Shown: positions 39,985-54,310 of the stretch, in pieces
Layout of the letters: each line of letters starts with the position of its first letter
How positions within the stretch are numbered: the stretch's first letter is position 1
From: Eledone cirrhosa
Taxonomy: Eukaryota
DNA length: 64,000 nucleotides
Assembly: GCA_964016885.1 (NCBI GenBank)
Contig: OZ024740.1
Location: 178,498,001-178,562,000 of the forward strand
Direction: 5' to 3'
Translations under genes and position numbers: made by a program
Notes under the pieces: model-generated
What the model was told of the DNA's origin: nothing
Seen by the model: the letters and a program-made list of their open reading frames with translations, nothing else
Databases searched by the model: none

Positions 39985-41298
39985 ACACACACACACACAC
40001 ACACGTACACAAACAAACAGACACTGAAGAGGGTTTGGAGGAGAGATTAAATATATGGTAAAGATGTCAAACATAGGTTTTAATGGTCAGGGTCGATAAC
40101 CGAATTGAATTGTCTATATGTTGCGTTGATCTCATGTAGAACAGTGCTCCAATGGTGAACATATTTCTAGACATTCGGATATTACCCCCACCTCAATATG
40201 ATCTTGGTTTTGCCAGTTCGTATGAAACATTTCTAGTCTTGTAATGTGTATTCGAAGTCATAAAATACATACATGTACTCGCTGTCCAAATAATTAACAT
40301 GGGATAGTCGACGGATTGAAACATATATGTAAATACGTATATAGATACAAAATAGTGTGTACGTATCTATATACGCACACACACACACGCCCCCCCCCCC
40401 ACACACACATACACACATATGTATATATATGCGTGTGTGTGTACCTGTAAGCATTTGTGTGTGTGTTTTATCTCAACTATACATTTGAGCAATCTCTATA
40501 AATGTACATAATATTTCTCTTCTAACAGGCCGTAGTGTAAATCATATTACCAGCGCTTCTCAGTAAATATGTTATAAATTGCAATGTGGACATAAAACAT
40601 AACTCACGATGTAAATTATTCGATAATTGGCATTAAAATTTTAAGCTGCATGATAGATTCTGTGGTAAGCAACAGGTCATCTTCTTTGAGTGGACTTTAT
40701 TGCCTCAGGTTAAGTTGAACATAGTCGCTAAATAATTGCTTAAGATGTAAAATCGGTGGCATTGATTTTCTTTGGAATTTTACGCTCTTCTCTGTTAGGT
40801 AACAGAATTAATAGCTTCTTGCAATGGCAAGTAGGTATATCTTGATTATTCTACGTAGGATGCATATTGCTTAGAAGCAAGTAAGTTAGCCTTCACGTGT
40901 AATGTATTGAATTATGTTAAAATTCCTTATACATAGCCCGAAAATATCTTTATCCCTCTATTTCATGCGCCCACATAACTTGATTGCCTCTTTGTGAGCA
41001 TTTGTGTGACTCTATCGATATCTCTGCTTATATATTTGTGTGAATGTATGTATGTTTATATACATTTATTTGTATATTATTTTATAGGTACGTACGTACA
41101 TATATACATACAATGTATAACTAAACAGCGATTCTTGTATACCAACACACCTCATAATCTCATACGTTACAAATTGCCACGTCGAAAACCTTCTAAACAT
41201 GTAAAACATTCTTAAGATTCAGAGGATAGGACGGAAATTTCGTTTAGTTTAAAACATTGCCGAGGACAAACCCTTGCCTGAACAAAATTAGACTCATT

Positions 41299-41423
<125 letters not shown>

Positions 41424-41901
41424 CTACACACAGAGACACAGACACACACCCACACACATATATATATATATAGAAATGGTTTCTACAGGACTAGAAATGT
41501 TTCATTCGGGAGCTCTATTTCGGTGTGGATTCTGAATATATATATATATTAATATATATGATGTTACTATTTGCTGCCAACCACATTACTACAGTAATTC
41601 CTTGACACCTCAGCTGGATAGACAACTCCGCACTCACTTGTTATCGTCAAGTTACTCCCCGTTGAAGATGTGATACAAAATGTGGGTTGTATAAATACAC
41701 GGTGCAGCCACTGTTAATGACAAATTGCAAATGCCCTTGCTGACGCATTCTGCATTCGAGACCCGGTTCAGCCCCATTACAAATATACATTTTGGTATCA
41801 TTCTTAGACAGCTTTGCACGCCTATACTCCCAAACCATATCTCATTGAGTGAGTAATGGGAATAACCGAGAACATAGAGAATATATTTCCTATAACCGCC
41901 T

Positions 41902-41945
<44 letters not shown>

Positions 41946-42033
41946 GTGTGTGTGTTGGTGTGTGTGTGTGTGTGTGTGTCTGCTTGTGTATGTGTATGTG
42001 AGTATATATATATGTGCATGTGTGTGTGTGTGA

Positions 42034-42091
<58 letters not shown>

Positions 42092-42345
42092 CGTTTCTGA
42101 ATTTGTTTAGCAAGATTCTTTATCTGAAATCGTGTGTTGAAACCGATATTGTTATACTTTGGGAGGGTCATGTTGCCAATAAGAAACACACGCACCAGTT
42201 GCAATCACTTCAATTTATTATATATTTATAAATTTACAAATTTATCTTGGGCATATGTTTTACCATTAAATTTGAACATATGTTCCTTAAGGGTTAATTT
42301 TATGCTGGCCCCTACCGCATGTGCAATCATTTTCTTCAGTTCATC

Positions 42346-44105
42346 GCCCCATGATTGAGATGTCCCCAGATGTGTGTGACAGCACGGAGGACCTCCTCAG
42401 CAGAATCGGCGCGGGTAACCGATCTGGGGACCTAACAAACTGCATAATAGGCAGTATGGATGTTGTGTCCCTGTATCCATCTATTGACGTGGATTTTGCT
42501 GTGGAGAAATGCGTAGAAATGATCAGCGAGAACAAGGTTGAGTTCCGTGGGATAAGTGAGCTGGGACTTCTACTTAAGCTTACCCATAGTAATAGCTACC
42601 TAGACACTTATGACCTTAGCAACCTGTGCCCTACAAGACCAGCAAGAGGCAGACCACCTACCATTACCTCAATGGCCAAGAAAACCCACACAGATAGATG
42701 GAACAGGTGGACCAGAGCCATACGGACACCCGAAAACCACGATGAACTGAAGAAAATGATTGCACATGCGGTAGGGGCCAGCATAAAATTAACCCTTAAG
42801 GAAGATATGTTCAAATTTAATGGTAAAACATATGCCCAAGAGGAAGGAGCAGCCATTGGTGTTAGCATTGCAGGCGACATAGCTAACTTATTCATGGTAT
42901 GGTGGGACAGTAGACTTAAACAAAAACTTAATGAACAATTAGAAGACAGCTTAACCCTGATAATGTACTCCCGCTACGTAGATGATATAAACATCGTAGT
43001 TAAGACACCCACTCTAGAGAACAGTCAGGAACTAGAGAAAAACACAACGGAAAGCATCCAGCAAATAGCAAACTCCATCCACCAGAGCATTAGAGTTACT
43101 ATAGACTACCCAAGTAGACACCCCAACCATCGATTACCTGTACTAGACACAGAGCTCTGGTTAGATACCATTAACAACCAAAAACAAATCCTCCATTCCC
43201 ATTATGCCAAACCCATGACTTCCAAACATCTGATCCACCGAAACTCGGCCATTTCGGACCATACCAAAATCAACATACTGATTGCGGATTTGGTACGGGT
43301 GATGAGAAATGTGTCCCGCATGTGCAACCCCGAAGAACTAGAGAGACACATACAACACTTCATCCACCGTATGCAGTTCTCTGGCTACAATCAGAGAGAT
43401 AGAATCAGAGTGTATAAAGGAGCCAGAACCAAATGGGAAAAAATGGTAAATAATGACATAAATGGGACCTGCCCCTTGTATAGGAGCAAATTTGGGAATA
43501 GAATAGAAAGAACTAGGAACAAGGCCAATAGAATAAACTCATGGTATGATAGCAATAAATACCAGAGTGTAATGTTCATCAATACAACCCCTAGAGGCGA
43601 ACTAGCCTACAAATTTAGAAGGGCCCTAAATAAACATAATCTCAATATTAAGATAGTAGAAAGACCTGGTACCTCCGTAAAAACACTTATTAGCAAGACA
43701 TACCCGTTCCAAAGACCCTCATGTATAGATAAGAAATGTATAACCTGTAAAATAAGCCCCCATATTAACTTTAAAACTAGAAATGTAGTATATAGCATAA
43801 GATGTACTGAAGGACAATGTAGAAACAAAAATATAGTGTACATAGGTGAGACAGCTCGTAGTATAGGGGAACGAATAAATGAACACTGGCGAGACCTCCA
43901 AGATAATAAAGAATCATCTGTGCTCTACCAACATGCTAAGATAGAACACAGGGGTAGATTAGAGAGCATAGAAATAAAAATAGAATCCACACACAGAAAA
44001 GACGCAATGTTTAGGCAAATTACAGCGGCAGTAAGCATAAAAGAATTAAAACCAAAATTAAATAGAAAATATGAGTGGAACAGCAACATCACAACTTACA
44101 ATTAA
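42346..44105 (+). CDS. PLE-A reverse transcriptase + GIY-YIG endonuclease (uninterrupted but 5'-truncated)
   Basis: About 585 open codons from the DVVSLYPS region through YVDD to the GIY-YIG domain. Confidence 0.85.
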
Positions 44106-44390
44106 GGACAAAATGAAAACAAACACACACATAGAACAAACAACTTACAATTGAAAACACACACAAAATGAAAACACACGCACACATAGAACAAACAACC
44201 AACCAACAATAAATAAATAAATAAATAAACAAATAGAAAAATATAAATAGAAAAATAGAAAAATGAACACAAACACACACAGACACCCGGATGTGGCGCA
44301 TGCGCAAACTGAGCACACAACACACACACAGAAACAAAATGGTGTAGGATAGAAGAAAGGAAAGGCACAGAAACGAAGAAAGGAATCCCC

Positions 44391-44439
44391 AGTCACTGAA
44401 GAGGTTACAGAGTGTGTGACGAAAGAAAGGACTATGACT
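44391..44439 (+). ncRNA. Hammerhead in the PLE-A pLTR (4-nt insertion in loop III)
   Basis: AGUCA-CUGAAGA-G-GUUACA gagug UGUGAC-GAAAG aaagga CUA-UGACU. Confidence 0.75.
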
Positions 44440-44601
44440 ATATATATATAAACAACTATCTGGTTGTGGAACCAACCAACCAACCAGAAATTTATAAGTT
44501 TGTAAATTTGTAAATTTGTAAATTTATAAATATATAATAAATTGAAGTGAAAGCAACTGGTGCGTGTGTTTCTTATTGGCAACATGACCCTCCCAAAGTA
44601 T

Positions 44602-44643
<42 letters not shown>

Positions 44644-44791
44644 TTGTGCATGTGTATGTGAGTGTGTGTGCCTGTCTGTGTGACTGTACTTATATGTGTA
44701 CGGTACGGCTTTTCTTTCAAACATGCTATGTTAAAACCCTAATGTGTTCTAGTTTCATATTCACACAGTAACACACAGACTCAAACACACA

Positions 44792-44854
<63 letters not shown>

Positions 44855-45018
44855 AATATATACAGAAACACACAGACTCACATACACACACATACTTCAG
44901 AATAATATATATGTATGTATAAACAACTTTTATTAAATTGGTATTCTTTTTATCAATTTTTAATGCACCCATTTACAGATGCATTCACAGATACACACAC
45001 ACACACGCACACACACAC

Positions 45019-45049
<31 letters not shown>

Positions 45050-45461
45050 CATACATACATACGTACATACATACGTACATACATACATATAAACACACAA
45101 ACCAATTTTTGCACGAAATATTCTATAATCCTCCTTTTCAAATATTGAATCAAATAAACACATATCAAAATGATTTAGAAATATTTGAATATATATATAA
45201 ATACGAACATATGAAATATATAATTACATAAAGCAATACTACGATAGTGCTGATTGTAAAATACATGGTTTTATCGTCATTAAATACAATGTGAGTTTTA
45301 CAGAAGGCATTTTAAATATGTAATTGTTGTTTATTTATGATGCTGCAATCTCCGCCACCTCCAAGTAATCTGTCATCGAAATATGTTTTAGATACGAAGA
45401 AAAGTACATCTAATACTCTAATACATTTTCATAATGTAAAATGTATTTGCAGGAATGCAAT

Positions 45462-45529
<68 letters not shown>

Positions 45530-47135
45530 TCACGACCACCACCATCAACACCACAACGATCACGATTTCATCACATGTTTTTTTCTATAGAGACGTAGCG
45601 AGATCTTCAGGAAAATCATTACTGTATGTACAATATTTGTACAATATTTGTACAATATTTGTACAATTAATATATGTACAATATTTATTGTACATATCTT
45701 AAATAGTACCTTTTTCCTGTTCTCACACTCGGGAGACCTGAAAGGAGCCATAAAAAAGTAAATCGCTCCTCTTACTAACCCACAATTCTTAAAAGCCAAA
45801 CACTCCTTTTACCACCTGTTATTGCATTAACTCTATTCCATAAGAAGCAATACTCATATTACGACCGTACACTTATATATAAAAAAATAGATATGTAAGT
45901 TAAATAAGGATATACTTTTCTGTTAGGCTGAGGACGATTATGCTACTTCATAATAATATACAAGACCATAGTTTATCTGTATACCGTAGGCGTATTGATT
46001 CCAGTCGGATGTAGAGATGATGGGACATCAATATATATGTCAATGTACGTAGATCAGGCGAAATTATAAAGTGAAGAATTAACTAGTTTCTAGTATATAT
46101 TAGGGCAGCGAATTGGCTGAGTCGATAGAACGTCGGATAGATTGTTTTGTGGTATTCTTTCCGGCTCTCTTCTCTCTTGAGTTCAAATCCTCACGAGGTT
46201 GCCTTTGCCTTTTATCCTTTCGAGGTCGACGAAAAATGTATCAGTCTAGTACTGGGATCGATTCTTTCTCTATATCTCTTTCTCAATTTCTCTCTATCAA
46301 TTTCTACCCTTCCCTTAAATATATCTGCTATACTGAGACTTGGAGAGGAATGGGCTTCACCAGGCTTAGAATGGCCAAGAAACGCCCTATGTCAATACGA
46401 CGCCCCTACGACTCCGCCATGTTTACGGGTCCATCCCATACCAGTATATATAATAGCCATGCATATTGAGAGCTCACACCCTACTGAGGTTTACGTTGTT
46501 ATTCGACCTTTTGGTATCGATAAAATTAATTGCATGTTGACATAGTTGTTTAGCCGAAACCCAGCACAGATTTACATATATATATATATACCTTATTAAA
46601 TATGTTTAAATTAGGATAATTCTGTCTCTAATTATGACCGAGGGTCAACGTAAAAGCCTTCGCCTTAACGTGGAAAAATACCAGTCCAATATTAATTTGA
46701 AATTAACTATCTGAATTTCTTTCTAAAAAAAAGTCCTGTTCCTCAACCTATATTAGAATAGCAAATTATTTCTATAAATATAACGTCGATGAGGACGCGG
46801 AGAGAGGGGAAGGGAAAGAGAAAAAATGGAATTAAAAAAGGAGTAGTAGCAGAAATCGAAAGAGGAAATGGATGATGAACAATAGGTCATGAAATAACGG
46901 ACATTGACAGCTAAAGCAAATATATGGAACGCTTATAAACAACGAACAGTTTCAATTAACACCCGTGGAATGTAAGAGTATTTCTCTATAGAAATATAAT
47001 GTATCACTATTTATATTAGAGTCTATTGCTCTATAACCTTCACTCTTTTACAACTTTCTTTCTCTTCATACCCCTATCGTTGTCTCCCTCTCACTTTTTG
47101 TCTCTCTTTCTATATATAATATAAACATGCATATA

Positions 47136-47195
<60 letters not shown>

Positions 47196-47322
47196 TTAGC
47201 CGTCGAAACGGCTTGAGCTCTGCCGTCGGGGTCATACTTGTGCCTAATACCCACTCTACTACCCTAATTATTGAGTACTTTGGTGCGTTATGGTCCATCC
47301 GATTCCTTACCACATTTCCTTC

Positions 47323-47368
<46 letters not shown>

Positions 47369-47405
47369 AACATACGCACATACATATATATATATATTTA
47401 AACAT

Positions 47406-47437
<32 letters not shown>

Positions 47438-48336
47438 CCGTATATATGTGCCTATCAACTGTCTCTCTCCGAAATCTCACGACCTCCTTGTCTCTATCCT
47501 CCTGCCCTCTCTCTTATCTAAGTGAAATCACGAAAGAATATCCAAAATCATCAATCATATCTGATAGACGATGACATTTAAATTGATTTTTCATTGGACG
47601 TAAGTTATTTTTATTTTCATCTTTATTTATATTTTAGCTTCTAGATTTTTTTTTATATACTTTGATTCGTTTGGACTATTGTTTATTTTTCGTTTTCCTT
47701 TTCGCTTTCTTTTCTCTCTCTCTATATATTTTTATCTTTTTGGTTATGTTTTGTACTCATGCATGTTGTTTTCTCCGCTTTATTTAATTTTACGTTCTTG
47801 TTGTTTAATGGTGGTGCTGCTGTAGTGGCGTGGGTTGTTTTGCTGTTCAGGGAGTTTTATTTCATAATTGAAACGGATTTCAATTCAGTAAATGTAGATT
47901 AATATGCATCTCTATGTTAATAAAAATATTTGTGTGTGAATACGCATTACTATTTAGCACCATTTGAACATTGATCGAGTAAATCCATGATCAAAACCAC
48001 TCTATCCATGACTATCACATCTTATCATTTAGACATATTGTATGTAACTTGGATAATAATATAAAATATATTAGATATATTTGATTGCTATTCCTGGCAG
48101 ATTGGGATACAATATAACGGCTTCTTTGGCGTTGAGGCAAGCTTGGAAACACACGCTGGAGTATGGGACTAAGATTTTTGAATTGATACGATCCGTGTCA
48201 GAACCTTCTCAATTAGAATCATGAGTGGTGTTGACACTTAATTGTGTTCTTGTCCTATTTCAATCCTGTCATAGCTGGTCTATGGGCAATGGCGTTCCAG
48301 CCATGGCCATTTTGTCTATTTAATGGCATCTAGACA

Positions 48337-48414
<78 letters not shown>

Positions 48415-49664
48415 AGAGAGAGAAAGGTATACACATATAAATATATGCATATACAAACATTCAATTTCATATAATCGTACACGTACATCATACACACACA
48501 AACCCCACCCTATATATATAGATATATATGGGTGTGTTTGTGTGCGTGTGTGAGTCTGTCCGTATGTGCGTTCATATTTACTATATTCTATTTGCAATAA
48601 ATTCACAGTATGAGGCCACCATTAACAAGAAAGACGCTACACAACAGAACTTCCATAGTTGAGATTCATTTATTAAAACTATTAACTCCACCAAGGCACA
48701 TTCTGTTTCACTGAATGTGATGGATTATTGAGCCTGAATAATGGGTTTAAGCAAAGGCAGTGCATAATAACGAAACACATCAGTTTAAAACGAGATTCAA
48801 TACAGTCCAATCAAACAAAATATGTACATAGGGATTAATGAATACATACACACACACACCTCTCTGTGTGTGTGTATGTGTGTATGTGTGTATGTGTGTA
48901 TGTGTGTATGTGTGTGTGTGTGTGTGTGCATGTGCGTATGGTTGTGTGTGTCTGCATGCGTGTGTGCATGCGTGTGGTGAGGTGTGTTTGTGTGTACGAC
49001 AGAGGATAAAGCGTATTATAACATTATTGGATTTGGTGTACTTCTGCAAGTGTAATAGTAGATGTAACAGTAATTTCTTAATAAGTTCTGAAAGCCATCA
49101 GTTTTCACAAATAAATCTCCAAGGTAACAGATGTTAATAACTAAAAGAAAAGTGTCTTTCAGTGATGATGGCAAACGATTACAACCCACCTCATCTTATC
49201 AGTTGTACTAATTTGTCTATAGATAATGAAATGAAATATTGAATGACAGCTTTACTTAGCTTAATAAATTAAATGTCGAAGCTGTGTGCGTCTCTATGTT
49301 AGCTGTCATAAGGGATGTATTGTGCACAGCGTTGTGGGTAAAATACTGGTGAGTAATATTGATGCCTTAAATTTATATCGTACATATGATATAAAGGGCA
49401 ATTATGTGGTCATTTTTCAGCTTTCTCGGTTGTACAGAAATTACACGGTTATGAATTCCCAACATACAGCTAAATCTTCGATATGATATTCCATTTGAAC
49501 GAGTAATTCCTTGAACTACCATTCAAAATTCATATATGGGAAGTGAGCAAGATAAGGTTCCTTTTCATGCTATCTTTAAGATTGCATTTAGAAATTGAAG
49601 TCTGTTCGAAATTAGAAGAGTATAAGTTTTGACGATAATATTATTAAATTTCACTCCGAGGTCG

Positions 49665-49878
49665 TTGGATTGGCAGTGTTGGTAGAGCGTAGGATACCAT
49701 GCTTCACAGCATATAGTAACATCCCCTTACACTCTGCGTTCAAATCCCACCAAGGTTAGCTTTGCCTTTCATCCTTACGTAGTCGATAAAATAAAGCACC
49801 AGTAACCCGCTGGGGTCAATTTAATCGACTCCCCCACCCAAATTGTTGGCTTTGTGCCTAAATCAGAAACCGTTATTA
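49665..49878 (+). mobile_element. tRNA-derived SINE copy
   Basis: 4008 family; more diverged copies near 46105-46262, 50965-51150 and 55090-55260. Confidence 0.78.
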
Positions 49879-52056
49879 AATTTCACTATGAATTTATTGA
49901 CTATATTTTTAAGTGGTTATTTGGAAAATAATAGAAATTTCTTAGATTAGTCATAAGTATATTTATATTGTGGAGATTTAGGGGGCTAAGTCATGGTAAA
50001 GATTTATGAGTAACATAGTAGGATAATTTGATATAACAGTCTGCGTAGTGTTCAACAGGTGTATACAATTATTAAGCTATTTTAAAAGAGGATTAAAATA
50101 ATAAACAGGAAGAGAGAGAAAATAAAATAAAAGGAGATTATATAATGAAAACAAAGAAGGGAGAATAGAGGGGCAAAGTCTAAGCCATTGGTTGGGTGGC
50201 ATATTTTCGCTGTGCCTCGCAGATAAAAAGCCGAAAGCACTGCTGCTGATAGCAGCTAGTGATACACTCAAAATCTGTAATTTTTCTTCATGAGGTTCCT
50301 TCCCCAGGCAAGATGAATTCTTCCCGAAGTGTTTATTAAATTTTATATTAATTATATTCTAGATAGAAGTTTTTTTAATGACTACTGTGAAATGAGGGAA
50401 TAGTTTATACTCTGCTTCCAAATTGTTGGTAGAGGTGGTAGGATTAATAACTGTTTTAGCAACATCACAAAATTAATGAATTCCTTAAATCCATTCATAT
50501 TCATTCTAATCCTCCTAGATATGAAAATTAACATCTTAATACGGAATATATCTCTTAGACTTTCCTTATTTCACACTATTGGACTAAACATCAATATGCG
50601 ATATCACGATATCTGATTAACGCTATACAAAGTAGTTGTATATAACCCATTAGTAACACCATGGAGGTCAAGGTTACCTTCCGCAGTCAATAATATAAAG
50701 TACTTTAGCTAAACCGAATAAATGGGAAAGGCTAGATTGTTGATACTTCTTATCTTCTCTGTGACGTTACGCATTGTCAATGGCTTTATACAATGTGCTT
50801 ATAATAACTTCCTCATATATTCTTTTATCTGGATGTGCTATATTGTGTTTAGCTCCCTGTTTATTTCATATGTGTATGTAGCTGTATTGTTTAACATCTC
50901 TTATGAAATGATTCTTGATGTAAAGGTGTTTAAGGCACGGAATTGACTCAATACGTAGATTTGGTTGGCAGACTTTTTCGGTTAAAATGTCAATGTTGTA
51001 TTTGGTCTGGCTCTTTATATTTTGAGTTAAAATCTCGACGAACTTAGCTTTGACTTTACTTCTTGCAGGGTCGTTAAAATAAAATACCAGTCAAGTACTG
51101 GGGCAGATTTAATCCCATTTGCCCTCCCAGAAAAATGCTGCCTAAATTATAAATTGGTATTTATTTAAGACTTCTTACGTTGTGCCTTCAAGATCCTCTA
51201 GGATCGACTTTGTTTTTCTTCACTTTTTGCGTCGATAACATATGTACCAGTCAAATACCGGGGTTGATATAGTGGATTGCAACATAACCCAAATACAGCT
51301 TGTGTGAGAATTATTATTGTCAGAGTAGTGAATGTCAAAAGTAACAGAGCCGTGAACAAAATCCCTTTAGGTGCAACTGTCAGTATCTTGAGGTCAAATC
51401 TCGCATGCTCAAAATTGACTTTCAAAGAAGTACGCTGCATAATATGTCTAATTCATAAGTATTGGGGTCAATCATATCGATTCCACTTCCCTCTAAATAT
51501 CTGGCCTTGTGATTTATGTGAAGCTATGTATATATTTTAAAATATACTATATTAACCTTGTCACATTAGACTCTGCGTAATTTATACTTTGACTGAAGAA
51601 TTTGCTTTGATTTCAACGAGGCTTTTACCTTCGTATAGTTTCACTATACAAAAAGTATTTATCTTCTAACAAAATATTAATTTATCATTTCTAGTTCACA
51701 AAATAGCCAAAAATAGAACGAAGTGCTCATATGAATTAAGAGCTATACACGCTGAATTGTCCACTCAATAAATCAAAGAAAATATACAAGTGTAGTCAAG
51801 CATTATAAGTGTTTATATATGATGGAATAATTAATATTTGAAAGACTAGGTCAATGCATTTTGACCACATCTACTTTTGAGACACCATTCGTGCATATAT
51901 ATATATATAACAAAGGAAATTTGTGCATATATATATATATATAAAAAGGAAATGTGGTAAGGAACCCCCGTCTGGGTCATGCTTTTTCCTATATATTTAT
52001 AGTCCATAAATAGCCGTCGAAACTGCTTGACCTCTGCTGCCAGGGACATACTTTCT

Positions 52057-52128
<72 letters not shown>

Positions 52129-52136
<8 letters not shown>

Positions 52137-52345
52137 TAACAGATTAAAGTTTAAGCAAAGAATCGCTGCTTTCACCCTTAACGGGACCTTCTGAAACTCA
52201 GAAGATCCCGTTAAGGGTGAAAGCATCGATTCTTTGCTTAAACTTTAATCTGTTATTTTAATAAATATTTGCTCTCCGGTTCTTATATATTTGATATATA
52301 TTTATCCTTATCGAGGCCTCTTTGGATTTTAGTCTTCAAATTTAT
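52129..52345. repeat. Short repeat with a 66-bp-arm palindrome; a second copy at 62621-62755 lacks the right arm
   Basis: 52129-52194 is the reverse complement of 52198-52263 with 2 mismatches. Confidence 0.75.
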
Positions 52346-52357
52346 TATTATTATTAC

Positions 52358-52540
52358 TATTGGCAGTATCAGTAGAGGGTCGGACGCCATGCTTTCCAGC
52401 ATAGTTACGTCCCTTTACGATCTGAGTTCAAATCCCGCCGAGGTTGACTTTGCCTTTCTTCCTTACGGGGTCGATAAAATAAAGTACCAGTAATGCACTG
52501 GATAATTGCTGGCCTTGTGCCTAAAGTAGAAACAATTATT
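52358..52540 (+). mobile_element. tRNA-derived SINE copy
   Basis: Full-length 4008-family sequence. Confidence 0.85.
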
Positions 52541-52834
52541 ACTATATGTATATATATATATATAGTCCAGAAATAGCCGTCGAAACGGCTTGGCTCTGCC
52601 GTCGGGGACATACTTTCTCATATATATATATATATATATACATTTAGGTTTGTTGGTTCACCACTGGATAGAACTGGTCATTCCGTATAGTCAACCTTTA
52701 GGTAATATTAGGGAGAGCACTCGACGTAATGCAACTCACCCGTCATCGTTTGTGTTGTTGGTGTGTGCGAGTACAGAGTTAATTATTATAAAATAACAGG
52801 AGGCTGGACTGGTGTAATTCCTTAAAGGTTTATT

Positions 52835-52892
52835 ATACTATGAACATTTCAATGACCGGGTTCACTGTGAATCCGGTGACATCATCAGGTAT
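52835..52892 (-). ncRNA. Type-I hammerhead of a further PLE-type pLTR (about 52640-53230)
   Basis: Reverse complement AUAC-CUGAUGA-UG..ACCGG.UUCAC a GUGAA.CCGGU CA..-GAAA UG uu CA UA-GUAU. Confidence 0.65.
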
Positions 52893-53030
52893 TCCGAGAT
52901 TTAACAAAGGAATATAATAGACACAATCCAGGGGGCTGAAAAGCAGAGAGATGCCTAAGAGGATAAGGCAGCCAAAACATTAGCAGTTGCCAGTCCGGTT
53001 GGCCGCCTTTAAGTGAGGAAACTACTTAGT

Positions 53031-53171
53031 CTTGTCATGTCGTTCTGGTAAAGGGCACTACTTGTCATGTCGTTCTGGTATAGTGCACTTGTCATATCGT
53101 TCAGGTATAGTGCACTTGTCATATCGTTCAGGTATAGTGCACTTGTCATGTCGTTCTGGTATAGTGCACTA
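53031..53171. repeat. 27-bp minisatellite, 5 copies
   Basis: CTTGTCATRTCGTTCWGGTATAGTGCA in tandem without spacers. Confidence 0.9.
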
Positions 53172-53229
53172 CTACCACCCCGTCATGGATAGAAGCTAGC
53201 GGTGAGATCAGGTTACAAAGAAGTTAGTG

Positions 53230-54310
53230 TTCAAATAACCACTTAACTTTAAAAACTTGATTCAGTGGAATGATACGTGATGTCCCGGCGAACAGAATGG
53301 AGAAGGCGTTTCCCCGGAGGACGACAAGGGAGACGCGCTGGAAAAGCCACTCCTAGTCGCGGGGCTCACACCTGTGGCTGGCCAGTTCAGCGCCTATGGT
53401 GGTGAGTAGGGAGGTAGCCCTAGGGCCGAGGACACCAGAAGTCTCCACTGCCAAGGGTGCAACCGCAAACCTGTCGGAGAGCGACCGGTATTTGAGAAGT
53501 TTGGCCTCCTCAGCCCGACGTGCAGCAGAACCTGGGTCAGTCGCAGACTGCATCAGGTTGTGGCTGCAGAAAGTGTCGGTGCAAGTGGCATCACAGACGA
53601 GAGGTTTGCCACCGCGGAACGAGAAGATGGTCATGCCATCTGGCCTTTGCCGTCCCTTCGGTTCAGCCCCACCAGCTCGAGCTGGGAAGGGAATCCCGCA
53701 GCGTCAAAACCATGCTTTATGACCTCCTTGAGGGCAGCATGGCGTGGAAGGCGGTCGGCAGTGGGGCGACAGGAAAGCGGATGGAGGCCGAAAGAGTCCA
53801 CAGCAGATCCGCAGCGACATTGGTGTGGTGTCAGATCCGGAGGCCGAGCCTCAAGGAAACGCTGATGCGTGCCAGTGGAGAAGGAGGGCAGGGCGTGGAG
53901 CCAGGTACCACTGCGGGGTTTGGAGGCCGCATTAAAACAGGCGAGGCGGTGCTGGTCGAGTTGGCGCGTGAGCCTGTCTAAAGCCAGGCTTCACTGGATG
54001 TCATCCCAAGTGCTTTGGGAGGACTTGACATCAGCAGGGGTAGAAGGAGGAGGGACGTCTACTGGGCTAAGTCCCAGCCGGTCCCACAGGCGGCCTCACG
54101 TTCTCTGAACACAGGGGGTTCTATTGTTGTTTGGAGAACCCTGCTGACGAGGGCGCGGCATGAGTTTACTGACGAAAGATACGCCGGTATAGCCAGTGAG
54201 ATCGGGGACCGGAGGCCAAGGCCGCCATACCTGACAGGTAAAGTGGCCTGTTGCCATCCAATATCATCAAACTTGACGTTGCATATCTCTTAGGCTGCTG
54301 CTCGGATACA
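53230..54310 (-). mobile_element. CRE-clade (REL endonuclease) non-LTR retrotransposon 3' fragment
   Basis: ATLPVRYGGLGLR, H..SC..RH knuckle, RPDG...DAT...K..KY, PLAVETSG.LG, QRVSLVVLRGNA; contains stops and frameshifts. Confidence 0.82.

Larger units (their letters stand above)
42090..44607 (+). mobile_element. PLE family A with inverted 5' pLTR and an inverted RT fragment
   Basis: 42090-42244 is an inverted pLTR; 42245-42345 is the reverse complement of about 42740-42842; ORF runs to 44105; pLTR ends AAGTATAACAAT(AT)n. Confidence 0.93.

Noticed and set aside
42321-42345. Start of the 594-aa ORF as listed (MQSFSSVH)
   Set aside because: It derives from the inverted RT fragment and is not the real N-terminus
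53031-53171. CRISPR-like array
   Set aside because: The 27-bp repeats are contiguous with no unique spacers, and the context is eukaryotic
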